64,000 nucleotides of DNA, taken from Octopus vulgaris (taxonomy: Eukaryota). Below, one piece after another: positions 43,291-57,413 of the stretch. The stretch is from NCBI GenBank assembly GCA_951406725.2, contig OX597818.1, positions 109,740,001 through 109,804,000 on the forward strand, read 5' to 3'. Positions within the stretch are counted from its first letter, which is position 1. The number at the start of each line of letters is the position of its first letter. The position numbers were made by a program, and so were the translations under genes. The notes below the pieces were generated by a model that made no database searches, was not told where the DNA came from, and saw only the letters and a list, made by a program, of their open reading frames with translations.

Positions 43291-44655
43291 ATACACCCAA
43301 CGAAGCATCTACATTGGAATGTGGATACTTCGTTGGGTGTAACAGCTTACAACAGTGGACCACATCATCAGTGAAAAGATGCAGTTATTCATGGCAGAGA
43401 CAACCGTGCTTGAAAAACTGTGGCCCTTGTTGCGGGTGTGTTGCTTGCAGAAAGGACCAGCTGTTGTGAAGGCAACCATAAGAATCACCCCTAAACAGAT
43501 GATGACTTAAAGAAAAGACGGATGGATCGATTCAGTAAAGATGAAGTACAGATCAAAATCGCTACACCAAACATCTTCGACCGGTTCCAGTTGGAGTAGA
43601 GCTGCAGGAAAAGTGGCCGTCTTTAAAGGATGACTCAGAAAGTTTCATTGATCATAATCATGGTGATGATGATGATGATGATGATGATGATAATTATGTA
43701 TGAGTGAAAACAGATCATAGAGCAATTTGGAAATATTGCCTTTCACCAAGAAAACAAGTTTCTAAGTAAAAGGCAGGTGTATAAACGGTGAAATGCATAT
43801 TTATGAAGGTGATGTGCATGCTTTACGACATTAAAAGAAGGAAATGGTATGCAAATGTTGAGAGAACTAACCGCACGAAGCAGCTTATACATTTGAATGG
43901 AGGAGAGATAGATAGATAAATAAATAGATAAATAAATAAATAGATAAATAAATAGACAGATAGATAGAGAGAGAGATAGGGGGAAGGGCGGAGTATGTTA
44001 AGGGCAATGACCCGAAAGTTTCTGTAAGCGACATGCTGCACTAAAAGTTGATGGATGCTAAATGATGGGGATTTGAAATGAACGAAAGTTTGCTACTCTG
44101 TAAAGAAGAATGGTTTTTGTGGCTGTTGTTTCTCGTAGATGTAACCTTTAAGAGGTGAAGTTACTGAGTTAATCGGAGAGATATGTTTAGTCATCGTTAT
44201 TGAATAGAATCGGATTTTGAAAACAAGGGAACAAACTTTCGAAACGTCGGAGCGCTAATTCTTTAAAAAAAAAAAACGAAAAGAAAAGAAAAAAAAGAAG
44301 CTAAAAACCATTTGTTAGCCGGAGAAAATTTTTTACAAGAGTTGGATAAGAACGGTGAGAAGCGCTCCGAATGTCCAAAAGAGGTCAGTTAGTCTTTTTA
44401 TTAGATTGCTTTGCTGCAGAGAGCTTAAGGGTTGACCATAATAGTGGAACTGATGAGATATATGGCTCTAGTTAATTGATTGGAAGCTGTAGTAGTAGTA
44501 GTAGTAGTAGCAGCAGCAGCAGCAGTAGTTGTAGGCGTATCTCGCAAAATGTTTGAAGGAGATGAGGAGTGCGACACCTGCTAAGACATTTTACCCAATT
44601 ATAAGAGACAGAAACCTGTGAACGCAGCTTCTTCAATTGGTTATAAGAATATTTA

Positions 44656-44699
<44 letters not shown>

Positions 44700-45214
44700 G
44701 GCATATAAATTAATATCTAAATTTGCGTACGTGTATGGATATATTTATCGATAAACGTTCTGATTCTACATACATACATACACACACACACACATATATA
44801 TGTATATATATATATATATATATATTAGAATAACACCTACGCTAATTTTATAAACAATACATTCAAAAGAGATTTCTCAAGAATTCAATCCCTACTGCCA
44901 TCCATGACAAGTCACTTTCAGGGCACTTGACTCAGATTGCCCAACAAAACGACCTCTTTGAAAATCTTACAGTTCTGCTGAATTTTTTGTGCGTGGCATG
45001 GTTACTCTTCGCAAATGTTTAATATAATGGCGCCTGGAATGAAAAAGAATGATTACATTGTAAATTCTACACTGCTGAAAACATATTAAGACGCTTAGAT
45101 CAGAAATTTTGAAAATTAAAGGTGTCTGTTTACTTCCTGCATGTCTGTATATAAGTTTCCATTAAGCACCCCTATATAAGAATGATTTTATTTCCTTGGT
45201 GGTTTAAAATGGTA

Positions 45215-45525
45215 CCTCGTCGGTTACAACGGCGTGTGTTCCACTTGACCCGATCAATGGAACAGCCTACTCGTGAAATGAACGTGCAAATGGCTGAATA
45301 CTCCACAGATACGCGTGCTCTTAATGTAATTCCCAGTGAGATTCAGAATGACACAGACTATGAGAAGGATGGTCCTTTGAAATATAGGTACAACTCACTT
45401 TTGCCAGTTGTGTAGAGTGAAGCAAAGCAAAATAATTAAGTGTCTTGCTCAAGCACACAATGCACCCCGGGAAATCGCACTCAGGAACGTGAGCCGAAAA
45501 CCCTAACCACTAAAGCACGCGCTAC
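45215..45525 (-). mobile_element. SINE (second family)
   Basis: Reverse complement of the 13184-13490 type, diverged. Confidence 0.75.
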
Positions 45526-45560
45526 CATGGTGGTTTACCTCGCAACACACCAGTTTCAAA

Positions 45561-45897
45561 TTATTACCTCCACCTTAGCGAAGGCAGAGGTTTTTCGGTC
45601 GCGTTTCTTTTTTGTCGGTGAACAAGATATATCAAGAATCGCTGAATGGATTCGAAGGAAGCTTTCAGGGATGTTTGGGATCGATTCGGTACCGGACAAC
45701 TATTCTGGATTAGTTTTTCCATTTTTTTTTTTAATTTAATTTTTGAGAGCGGTCGGGTTCATTTTTAGTATTCTCGTTTGTGAGAGCAGTCGAGTTTATT
45801 TCAGATATTCTCATTTTAAAAATCATCTCCGGCTAATCGTTCAGGGAACGTTGGTGTTGCCTTGGTGGTGGTTTGCGCTCTCTGAGTGTTCTTGTTT
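45561..45897 (+). mobile_element. Helentron-type non-autonomous element (HINE/DINE-1-like)
   Basis: Start ttattacctccacc with a local inverted repeat (ggcagaggt), 3' subterminal inverted repeat ggtggtggt, hairpin gcgctc-tct-gagtgt and a T-rich end. Confidence 0.6.
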
Positions 45898-46300
45898 TAA
45901 GATTAAAATAATATCAAGGGCAAAAGAAGGCATTTTAGGCCCAATAATCGCTTCAAATGGAATATTCCTCGCATTTACTCCATCCTTTGTTCCTATTTAA
46001 TTTGTTTGAATTTGTTGTCATCTACACAATTAAATTACGACTTGAATTTATGAATATTTAGTGTGTATTTGTAGACATTGTACTTTAGAGATCAGATGGT
46101 TACCAACTTATTAGATAACACATTTCTTATACGAAGGAGGAATAATTAAGTTGCACGCAATAGAATTCTATTAACACAGATATACCTGAATTAAGAACAA
46201 GTTACAGATATTTATTAACCCGGGAAATGCTGATTATTGTTCTGATGTATGTGTATGTGTATGTATGTATGTTTCTCGCCTTGTTTTTTTTTCTGTGTCC

Positions 46301-46336
46301 CTTTCTGTAGAAGAGCGTAGGCTCGAAACGTAAAAG
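46301..46336 (+). ncRNA. Minimal hammerhead-like motif (A6>U variant) in a short PLE-like repeat
   Basis: cttt-CTGTAGA-a-gagc(gtag)gctc-GAAA-cg-TA-aaag. Confidence 0.55.
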
Positions 46337-46834
46337 ACTTTTTCTTTTCCTGAGCGTTATACTAACACATCTGTTTGTTTTGTGCACCACCTGTCTTCGT
46401 CTTTTGCTTTTTTCGTAAACTCTCCCCTATGTATGTATGTATGTATGTATGTATGTATGTATGTATGTATGTATGTATGTATGTATGTATGTATGTATGT
46501 ATATATGTATGTATGTATGCATTTATGTTTTATATGTGTATGTGTATACATATAGTTATGTGTGTTTATGGTATTCGACTCTCTGTTATGTGTAACCAAT
46601 AGTGTCATTTTTTCCAATCTTTATACTATTACTGAACGTACAGACTGATGTTGATGACAAGTGGTGTGCACGTGAGTGGTTGTTCATGTTTGAATGCAAA
46701 TGACAAATGCTGAGAGGTGTTTGAAATGTTAAATAACACCAGATCGATGTTTTCACACCGACGTTTAGCCACAAAGTTCTAGAGGATGTGGCGCGAAACG
46801 ATAAAAGCGTTGGATAAAAGTTGCCACGCAACTT

Positions 46835-46948
46835 AAGGCGGCGAGCTGGCAGAAACGTTAGCACGCCGGGCGAAATGCGTAGCCGTATTTCGTCTGCCGT
46901 TACGTTCTGAGTTCAAATTCCGCCGAGGTCGACTTTGCCTTTCATCCA
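46835..46948 (+). mobile_element. SINE 5' fragment
   Basis: aaggcggcgagctggcagaaacgttagcacgcc...gagttcaaattcc. Confidence 0.85.
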
Positions 46949-47362
46949 AGATATTTTGCTCTGTCTTTTTACATTCTCAAACGAAATCGCGTAGCATTAG
47001 GACATATATTTAGCTTTAAGAAAGGATGTCAGACGGCAGAAACTGCCGTGTTGATAAACTACCGGCAATACGTGATACAGTTATGGAGACCAAACGCTGT
47101 CGCATGAACAGTTAAAGTATATTAATCAAATCTCGCTCAAATCACGCCTTATCTTCCATTACAGATGAACTCGATCTCAAATGTTCTACGGCTAAATATG
47201 TTAAACCACAGCAAATAATCGTGCATCAAACCTAATAAAATCCACGACAGATTTGAAACATTATGGAGTTGTAACATAGTGAGTAAAGAGCATTTTTAGA
47301 AATTTTCATTTTGAAATGTCATCTTTTCGTATTTATTTATACATTTGTATTCATTTATGTGA

Positions 47363-47630
47363 TGGCGCGAAGCCTAGTGGTTAAGCAGTCGCACTCGCGA
47401 TCGCTAGATCGTTGGTTCGATTTTCAGACAGGGCGGCGCGTTGTGTTCCTGAGCAAAACACTTCATTTCACATTGTTCCATTCCCTCCTTTTCGATTAGG
47501 GGGGAAATGTTGGCCTGTTCGCCTTGCCAGCAGGGTGGCGTCATTTGAAGGCTAAAACAATAGAAAAAAGTGCATTGTGACCAGCGATGTGTAATAACAT
47601 ATGATAGCCTGGTCGATCACATGATCACGT
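47363..47630 (+). mobile_element. tRNA-derived SINE
   Basis: ggcgcgaagcctagtggttaagcagtcgcactcgcgatcgctagatcgttggttcgatt...gtgttcctgagcaaaacacttcatttcac. Confidence 0.7.
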
Positions 47631-48769
47631 GATTTGTATTTATACATTATCGTATCTCGAAAATTTGCTGCAAGAAATTTCGGCGTACGGAAATGCTAAA
47701 ACGTATTATAATCCGCATTTTCTAAAATAAAATTATAATAAAATTAAGAATGATTGAAGGTTTTATAAAAGCAAGTCTTTATTCAACGTCAAACATTATA
47801 AAAAAACGTGATGAGGTAATTTAAAACGAAATTTCTTACGACGAAATTTCCTTTAACCTTACATCATACATTATCTCCATCCAGTTCGAATGCTTACACC
47901 GTTTCTCTTCTCATCTTCATCACCATTTTTCTTTATTATATATATATTCTAAATGCTAGCGTAATCACTCAGTTGGAAAACAATTACTTTTAAACTAGAA
48001 GGAATGTCAGTCCCGAAGCGTCAGGTGGGTCGATCCGTTACGGTATAATATCTTATCCATGTCGACACCGACTACAAATACTTTCTCCGGATTGTGCTAC
48101 AGATTTTAACTTCATAGTTTGTGTACTTAATCAATCTAATCAATCCGTAGCCTAGGTTATCTGGGTACTCAAGCTATCGAAATCATGAAAGCCAAAATGG
48201 AAATCGTCCGGTTAGAAACTGAAAACGTATTGAGCTGACATTAACCACCTAATACAGAAATTCTTTTCACTACTAATTCTGTTATTTCGCTTTCTATAAC
48301 GAAAAATATAGTTTCTTAAATGCATTCACGTTTTCCGCCTAGATCTGCATAAAGAATTTAAAGAAGGTGGCATTCAGGAGAAAAAAATATTCGGTAAAGC
48401 TTTTATTATTTCAAGGCACTATTTGAAAGGAAAATTATCGTACTTTTTACTTCATTTTCATAAGAATTAAACTAGAAGTGTGCTACAAGAGACATTTGGC
48501 ATTTTGCTTTTGCTGTCGAAGATGTTGGTTTTGTTGTTGCTGTTGGTTTTTGTGTCGTAAGTTTCGCTAGGATACTGGACGACACAATATTTAGACAGAA
48601 GAAAGAAGCCAGCTGTATTATCCAGAGGCTTAATTACATTCAATATAAAACACATTCAATGAATCACAATCACAGTGCAACGAATGAATTAGTGTTTAAT
48701 TGAAAGAAGCGCGACCATATATTCGTACATACATAAATACATACGTGCGTGCATGCGTATGTAGTACAT

Positions 48770-49320
48770 TCCACGCGGTTTCTGTCCACCAAATTCACTA
48801 ACAAGGCGTCGGTAAAAGATACATGTCCAAGATGCGGCGCAGTTGTACGAAACTCGAAGCCTCGTGTTGGCAAGCGAGGTTCTTAACCACGCAGTTAAGC
48901 TTATACATATGTAGAAGGCGGCGAGCTGTCAGAAACGTTAGCACGCCGGGCGAAATGCGTAACCGTATTTCGTCTGCCGTTACGTTCTGAGTTCAAATTC
49001 CGCCGAATTCGACTTTGCCTTTCATCCTTTCGGGATCGATAAATTAAGTACCAGTTACGCACTGGGGTCGATGTAATCGACTTAATCCGTTTGTCTGTCC
49101 TTGTTTGTCCCCTGTGTGTTTAGCCCCTTGTGGGCAATAAAGAAATAAGTATTTCGTCCGCCGCTGCATTCTGAGTTTAAATTCCGCCGAGGTCGACTTT
49201 GCCTTCCATCCTTTCAGGATCAATACATTAAGTACCAGTTGCGTACTGGAGTCGATCTAATCGACTGGCCCCCTCCTCCAAGATTTCGGACCTTGTGCCT
49301 GGAGTAGAAAAGATTATAAG
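48770..49320. mobile_element. SINE cluster
   Basis: A diverged minus-strand head at 48770-48895 and plus-strand copies at 48915-49320. Confidence 0.8.
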
Positions 49321-49947
49321 ATTAAGGAAATGTAAGCCAAAACATAAAAGCCACAGGCAAAACACGAATGAAGTGTCACTTATTCTACGAAGAAACAACA
49401 ACCAAATCTCCTTCAAACCGCACTCTACCTTCTTAAAGAAGAAGGGATAATTTGCATAATTTTATTATGGGTACATAATATGTGGAACCCACACAAAAAA
49501 CAAACCAAGCAAACAAAGACAGAGTAATCTCTGATGCATTTAGCCGGAAGAGCTTTCGGTCAGGGATGACCATAATGAAAGAACAATAACAACTTCAAAA
49601 GTTGATGTTTTGAAAGAGAACATCGATGCGATCAATCGATAAAGTTTAGCCGTTGTTATGGGCAATATTCTTTTCAGAGCATAGTCGTATACTTGTGTAG
49701 TAGTACGCAGCATTTTAGTGGTATTTTGTCATACATCAAAAAATTTATTCTGTGTTCGTCATGTATTTATTAAACATTCATTTACATTTGTTAAATAATT
49801 CATCATTTTAATACATTATTCAAAACCCTAAACTAATTTGGATAGATTCTATTAAAAGAGATCAACTGAAATAAAGATTGAGATAAAATATGAGGAATAC
49901 TTTGGAGAGGACGGAAACTAGTCTCCAGCAGAGGAAGTATTAACGCA

Positions 49948-49949
49948 TG

Positions 49950-50036
<87 letters not shown>

Positions 50037-50447
50037 TATATGTATATATATATATATTATATATATATATTTATATACATATATATATGTATATATAGAT
50101 ATATATATATATATATGTATGTATATATATATATATATATGTATGTGTGTATATATATATATATATGTATATATGTGTGTGTATATATATATGTGTATAT
50201 ATATGTATATATATATGTGTGTGCATATATATATATATGTATATATATATGTGTATATATATATGTATATATATATATATATAAACAGCCAAAATCTGCG
50301 ATGAGGAATCGGTTTCTGACTGAAGAACGAAGGCTTTGAATGACCCGTCTGTCTCTTATGTTCGTCCCTTCGTGTATTTCACGTTATTTATATATGTAAA
50401 GGTTTATTCTATATGTATATATATATATGTATATAAATATATGTATA

Positions 50448-50516
<69 letters not shown>

Positions 50517-50595
50517 GTATATGTATATATATATATGTATATATATATATAAGTATATATATATATGTATATTTATATATATATATATGTATATT

Positions 50596-50662
<67 letters not shown>

Positions 50663-50663
50663 G

Positions 50664-50742
<79 letters not shown>

Positions 50743-50743
50743 T

Positions 50744-50777
<34 letters not shown>

Positions 50778-50783
50778 TATATA
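49948..50783. repeat. Long interrupted (TA)n/(TATG)n microsatellite
   Basis: Direct reading. It is interrupted by a non-repeat segment at about 50284-50410. Confidence 0.95.
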
Positions 50784-50949
50784 CAGTTGCGGCCAAAATG
50801 TTCAGAACGGCATTGTTTTCGTCAGAAAAGTAGGTATAAGTTTTTATCAAAGTTGGATATATATCCTTTCAACATGTGATCTCTTGAGCACCACCAGCAA
50901 AAATATTTTTTTCCTCTGTCTTCCCTTCTTGGGATCTTTCCTTCTCCTT

Positions 50950-50984
50950 GTTTCCGACGAAGAGCTCCGCTCGAAACGTTAAAC
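50950..50984 (+). ncRNA. Minimal hammerhead-like motif (U4>C variant)
   Basis: gttt-CCGACGA-a-gagc(tcc)gctc-GAAA-cg-TT-aaac. Confidence 0.55.
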
Positions 50985-51077
50985 CCTCCTTCCCTTCTTT
51001 CCTGAGCGTCAAATAATACTTTAATTGTTCCACGTCCTCGCGTTGCTGTGTTTTTTTCTGTGTTTTCTTGTTTGGAT

Positions 51078-51147
<70 letters not shown>

Positions 51148-51151
<4 letters not shown>

Positions 51152-51500
51152 TTTACTTATTTCAGGCATTTGACTGCGGTCGTGCTAGATCGCTGTCTTA
51201 AAGGGTTTTAGTCGAAGAAATCGACCCCAGGACTTATTCTTTGTAAGCCTAGCGCTTATTCTATCGGTCTATTTTGCCGAACCGCTAAGTTACGAGGACA
51301 TAAACTCATTAGCATCAGTTGTCAAGCGATGGCGTGGTGACAAACACACACATATACACACACATATATACGTACGACAGGCTGTTTTCAGTTTCCGTCA
51401 ACCAAATCCACTCATAAGGCTTGCCCAAGGTTCCACGCTGTGGGATTGAAGCCGCAACTATGTGGCTTGGAAGCAAGCTTACCACACAGCCACTCTTGCG

Positions 51501-51503
<3 letters not shown>
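51148..51503 (-). mobile_element. tRNA-derived SINE
   Basis: Reverse complement of the 11995-12445 family, between (TA)n tracts. Confidence 0.85.
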
Positions 51504-51577
<74 letters not shown>

Positions 51578-51578
<1 letters not shown>

Positions 51579-53335
51579 CAAAAATAGGAGAAAACCCCAG
51601 ATTAACAAACATCGACTGGACCACAATTATAGCTTATTTTTTAATACAAAGCATGACATAATAAATAGGTGAGGTTACAAATCTTACGGCCGTTTCTGCA
51701 TCCATTGTACTCTATGTCCACCTTTCCTCGCATACATTGTATGTGTACACTTGTTTTGGGTACTATGTTAGTTGGGCTTACCAGGAGATATTTCTAAAAA
51801 TATGTACTATGTAGAACTGTAAGTGTAGCCCGTTGATTGAAATTGTATGTCTGCATCTACTTAAGGTTAATATATTATTAGATTATAATTTTAAAATTAG
51901 ATTTAATGATAGGAACAATCTAATTTTTGGGTAGTGTAATATAGCACAGCCAGTTGATTGTAATAGTGTTTTCTGCACCTACTTTGAGTTTATATACCTT
52001 TAGTTTATAATTTTTAATTATTAGATTTAATTAATATTTCATTCTAATCTTAGGGTATTTTTATACTGCTTTTTAAATATGTTTAGTAAATTGATTGAAT
52101 TAAGGAACCTTTACTCATTGTGCTAAGGTGCCAGTAGACCCAGTATTAACTGTATCCATATAGTGCCAATATAATTCTTTTTAATTGTTTATATAACGAT
52201 AGGAACTATCTAGCTTTAATGTTTATGTAATGCTTATTAAGCATATTTAGTATACTTTGACAACTTGTGAGTTTTATTAATTCATAATAATTATCATGTG
52301 ACTTGGTCTTAAATATCAACCGCCTAATCGTAAGTGGCTTTTTATTGGTGCATTGTAGTGTACCTATAAGATGGATTGTTTTGGGTACCAGTATATACCT
52401 AATTATTACCACAATTTGCTATATATGAGGTTAAGTCTAAATTCATTTCATAGTAGCCTTAATTAGTCGCTGAATTACCTGTACTAGTTGCCGCCCCTTA
52501 ACTATTACCCTAGGCTACTTACTCTTTGACCGTTCCTTCGTGCATGTTATAAGCGGCCCCGCACCACTTATTTCATTATCTTCTCCCCCGGACCCTTTAT
52601 TTTTTCCTATTTATTTTTATTGACACATCCATTGTAAAGGTTTTAACTGGTGACCTCGGTTCACATTGTAACTGACCAATTGTGGAGACCGCTGGACTTA
52701 GACTTGCCCCATTGTGGACCACAGGTGGGATTCTCGGTAATTTTTCTGTGAATACATTTTCTTAAGCACCCTATGGGAATGGTTTGGATACACTTACTTG
52801 GGTTTACTTCATTAGCATAGGTACTGCTCTTTGAGAATCATGTTAGCAAGTTTCCTTGTATTATTATTATTTTTTTTAAATTTCCTTTCATAAATTTCAA
52901 AACATGTTACCACCCGCTTAAATTGAAATTACCCGTAAATAAATTTTAGTATTCCCTAGACCATGACTAATTCACTCTTTTCCCTACGGTCCTCGTAGCC
53001 CCAGGATGGTAGATTATATGCTTTTAATGTATTGGGTTTCTAGATTTCTTTTCTAAGCCATGTTTTTTCCCCATTCCTTCTTCCATTTGTTTATATTGGA
53101 TGGTCTTATTTTTTACTCTGATGAAGCTCCGTGCCTTAATTCGAATGTCCTATGAAGATGAAGAAATTTATTTTCCTAATTATTTATAGACAGTGTTTGG
53201 CAACGGATGCGGAAACGACCGTAAGATTTGTTACGTCACCTATTTGTTATGTCATGATTTGTATTAAAAAATGAGCTATAAATGTGGTCCACTCGATGTG
53301 TTTGTTAATCTGTGGTTGTCTCCATTTTCTGATTA
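51578..53335 (-). mobile_element. Decayed Penelope-like element with inverted terminal pLTR copies
   Basis: 51578-51708 is an imperfect reverse complement of 53201-53335. The interior is AT-rich with weak GIY-YIG-like remnants. A hammerhead motif lies at 53116-53226. Confidence 0.55.
53116..53226 (+). ncRNA. Hammerhead motif with extended stem II
   Basis: CTGATGA (53118-53124), gctccgtgcc pairing with ggcaacggatgc around a ~60-nt loop, GAAA (53212-53215), cgaccg, TA. Stem I is weak. Confidence 0.5.
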
Positions 53336-53769
53336 TTTGTATTTGCTTCCGGATAAACTCTTCTTTATCCTGTTGTTACCTGCACTCGACGTGCATAGTG
53401 TGCCTGCACACCAATGCCCGGGGATAGCACGGGTAACATATACCGATAGTAATACGGATATTTTATCTCTTAGTCGGTTATTGTAACCGCTAACTCTGTT
53501 TTCACTATATATGTTGTTACGCCGCACGCGGGCCTCCAGTGCCACCACGGGTCCCCACACAAACAGCCCGCAGATTGCTGGCCCAAAGAAGCTCGCGTGC
53601 GACAATGCTCTGCAAACCAGATGGTGAAGCAGCGAAACGTAGCCAGTAGAGCCAACAGCAACAAAAATAACACACATAAAACGTTGCGTAAGTCAAAGCA
53701 AATTTTTTTAACAAAACATTCAGCAACAATAGTCCTTTGGAAAGTTCTTTTTTTCTTTCCTTCGTTCCT

Positions 53770-53998
53770 TTAAAAACACATTTAACAACACAAAGTTCTT
53801 TTTCTTTTTTTTTTAAACATTTAACATCACAAAGTTTTTTCTCACAAAAAAAAAAAACACATTTAACAACAAGGTTCTTTTTCTTTTTCTTCTTTTCTTT
53901 TCAAACATTTAACATCACAAAGTTTTCTTTTTTTAAAAAAAAAAAACATTTAACATCACAAAGTTCGTTTTCCTTCAAAACATAAAAAAAAACATTTA
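53770..53998. repeat. Degenerate minisatellite with unit core aaacatttaacatcacaaagtt
   Basis: About 5-6 copies separated by variable T and A runs. Confidence 0.8.
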
Positions 53999-54922
53999 CC
54001 GGCAACAGTACTTTCCTTTTAAGTCTGCAACCTCTGCAAAAGCTGGCTAGGCGCACAATCCCACTACATCACTTGCCAGTCGTTCAGTTGTCCGTCTCTC
54101 GCTCCATGTATCTCTCTCATCCCCTGTTTGTCTCTGTCAGACCGCGTCTGTCCCTGTCCGTCTCTCTCTCTCTCTGATTGCCCTCCTTGCAACTCAGCGC
54201 TACCCGTATATATGATCCTACTTCTCTTCACCCCTACTCTTCTTCTCCCTTTCCTTCACTCCTACCCACCTTCTCCCTTCCCCTCTTCCTTCATCGTCAC
54301 CCGCTCTCGTAACCCCACTCATACACAATCCAACCCCATCTTCCCTATCCATCCCATCCCATTCCCACCCCATCCCTTACACCCACTCCCGCATACCCCA
54401 CCTCAGCCTAACCCACATACCCTAGCTCTACCCCCATCCATGCTTTCCCACTCTCGCCTCTCCCACATTCCAACACCATCACGCCACACACCATACACCA
54501 CCATACCACACAACACCACATCACACACCATCACGCACACACTAGCACTCACCACTTCCCAGCCCCACACCATCATCCACACACCTACACATAGACACAC
54601 GCACACGACAAGGCTACCAGCCCTCTTCCACACGCACATACATGCTCTATTGTGCACACGCGCGTGCACCTTCGTTTTCGGATCACCACTACTTTATCAT
54701 CTCCCCTTCTTCCTGGCACTCCTGTATGACCCCTCTGTCCGGCATTCGCCATGATAGATCGCTAGCCACTACACATTCTGTAGTTTCTCTTCTTGTTTCT
54801 TTGTGTATTCCTTTCTCTGGAAGAGCGTGGGCTCGAAACTTTTTTACTTCCCGAGCGTTAAACTAATATATCTGTTGTCTACATCTCTTGTCTTCGTCTT
54901 TTGTTTTTTTGTGAATTCTCCC

Positions 54923-55152
54923 TATATATATATATGTATACATATGTATGTATATATATATATGTGTGTGTCTGTATATATATGTATGTATGTATATGTA
55001 TGTATATATATATATACATGTAATTATGTATATATATATGTGTATATATGTGTATATATATGCGTATATATGTGTATATATATATATATGTATATATGTG
55101 TACATATATGTATTTATATGTATATATATATGTGTGCGTGTATATATGTATA

Positions 55153-55251
<99 letters not shown>

Positions 55252-55536
55252 AAAGAAAATAGAGAATTAAATTAATAAATATTTATTAATTATAAAATAT
55301 GGCATCATCTCTAATTATTAATTTAATTATCTCTCTATTTTCTTATTTTTTAAAAATATATATAAACCCTTGTTTATCCAATTAGCTTACAGTTGAATAT
55401 TAATTGTAATATTCAATACCTCTCGTAATATGTGATAAACCAGTATATTCATTGGATTTTATTATCCCTTAGTGGGGGTTGTAACTTTTATTTGAACTTT
55501 TATATAAATACACACACACACACACATATATATATA

Positions 55537-55627
<91 letters not shown>

Positions 55628-55628
55628 C

Positions 55629-55686
<58 letters not shown>

Positions 55687-55706
55687 ATATGTATATACAT
55701 ATATAT
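54923..55706. repeat. (TA)n/(TATG)n tracts enclosing an AT-rich insert with a short inverted repeat (55253-55345)
   Basis: aagaaaatagagaattaaattaataa is approximately the reverse complement of ttattaatttaattatctctctattttctt. Confidence 0.8.
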
Positions 55707-55963
55707 AATGGGGAATACGTTTTCTTTTAGAAATATATTGAAATACAACGCGGTTTCAGTTCTAAGTTTTTCCCCTCAGAGCACATAGAGAGAAGGAGCA
55801 AATTTCAAATTTCAGCAACAATCTATAAATAAATGTCGGCGATAAAGAAACTACATTTGTCTTCTGTACAAAGTACATTAACACTTTCAGATCAACCCCG
55901 ACACTGCATGTATATATATATATATATATATATACTCAAAATAAGCAACAAGAATATCTTCGG

Positions 55964-56056
55964 TAAATTGGTACGATCGTTTCACGCTACATCATTTTAT
56001 TAAACATTGTAAGTATTACAACAGTTTTAAAATGTTGAGCAATCATCAGCAATTTA
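55964..56056 (-). ncRNA. Type I hammerhead ribozyme with long stem II
   Basis: taaattg-CTGATGA-ttgctcaacatttta...taaaatgatgtagcgt-GAAA-cgatcg-TA-c-caattta. The core is intact, stem I is 7 bp with one extra C, and stem III is palindromic. Confidence 0.72.
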
Positions 56057-56329
56057 TAGAGGTTTTCCATCAATACATATACTTATTTCCATGTTAATTA
56101 ATAACATTATAAAGAGGGTAGATATACAGACAGAGATGTTGATTTGAATGTTAAGAACATTAAGGTATTAGAATTTATCTGACTAAAGAATATTCTTTAA
56201 GTTATTTTGAACTGCTAGAAAGTGGGGAGGGATATTCTGTTGGATGAAGACAAAAGAGATTTTCTATTTATAGAAGTAGGTAGGGGTGAAATAAACTTAA
56301 ACTTAAAAAATAATTTGCTTCTTTTTGCT

Positions 56330-56570
56330 CATTTATAGGATGTAAACAAACCAACTACGGTTTTCAAGCGGTTTTAGGTCGGGGTCATAAACACACATAT
56401 ATTTATAAACAACAGCCTGCGTTCAGTTTCCGTATACCAAACCTACCTGCAAGGCTTTAGTTTGCTTGATGCTATAGTGGAAGACACGGGGCCAAGGTGC
56501 TGCGCTGTGAGACTGAACTCGGAACTATGTAGTTAGGAAGCAAACTTCTTAACATACAGTTACGCCTGCA
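56330..56570 (-). mobile_element. Diverged SINE
   Basis: ttcagtttccgtataccaaa...gctatagtggaagacac...gactgaactcggaactatgtagttaggaagcaaac. Confidence 0.75.
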
Positions 56571-57413
56571 CCAATTTGGGTGTATGTATGTATGTATGTA
56601 TGTATGTATGTATGTATGTATGTATGTGCAGATTTGTATATTTTATGTATGTATTCTCATGCCTATAGTTACTTATCTAGACATGCTCATATATATTTAA
56701 ATGCTAAACTTCTGGAAAATTTTACAGATTTTTACAGTTCCACTGATGGATTGGATCTGTGGTCTTCGAATCAGCTTTCTCCTTTCTGGTTTTGAGAAGC
56801 TTAATTTCTCAAGATTGGTATTTAGGTAGTGTGTTACATATCCCAGGGCCCCAATAATTACAGGTATAAACCTGAACTTGTAATCTGGATAGAGCAGCTG
56901 TAAATCATGTATGTATGTATGTATGTATGTATGTATGTATGTATGTATGTATGTATATATGTACGTATGTATGTATGCATGTATGTATGTACGTATGTAT
57001 GTATGTATGCATTCATGTATGAATGTATATACGATGTATGTATGTGTGCGTGCATGTGTATTACGTATGTATGTAGGTAGGTATGTGTGTGTATGAAGTC
57101 ATTATACTGCACTAAACGCCGATTCCGGGCAATTGCAAATGCAGGCACCCAGTCTCTCACGCACCCACACATCCCCATCAACACACAAACGCACACACTG
57201 GATCGCACATACATCACTTAAGTGTCATTCCATGTTCAGCTCTTATCTCACCATAATTACCAGCGGACTTTTAAAACTATCTTTTAGACGCCAGCCACGT
57301 CAGTTTAACAGGAAATATATTTTGTTAATGTAAAACTGGTGAGTTCTGTATAGTATATGCAGAAAATCGATTTTGTGACACGGTTTCCATTTTCTTCAGT
57401 AAAATCCTAGAAG

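Noticed and set aside
56725-56780. Hammerhead-like strings here (minus strand) and at about 42915-42935 and 50318-50350
   Set aside because: The core or stems are too degenerate or only half present to call.
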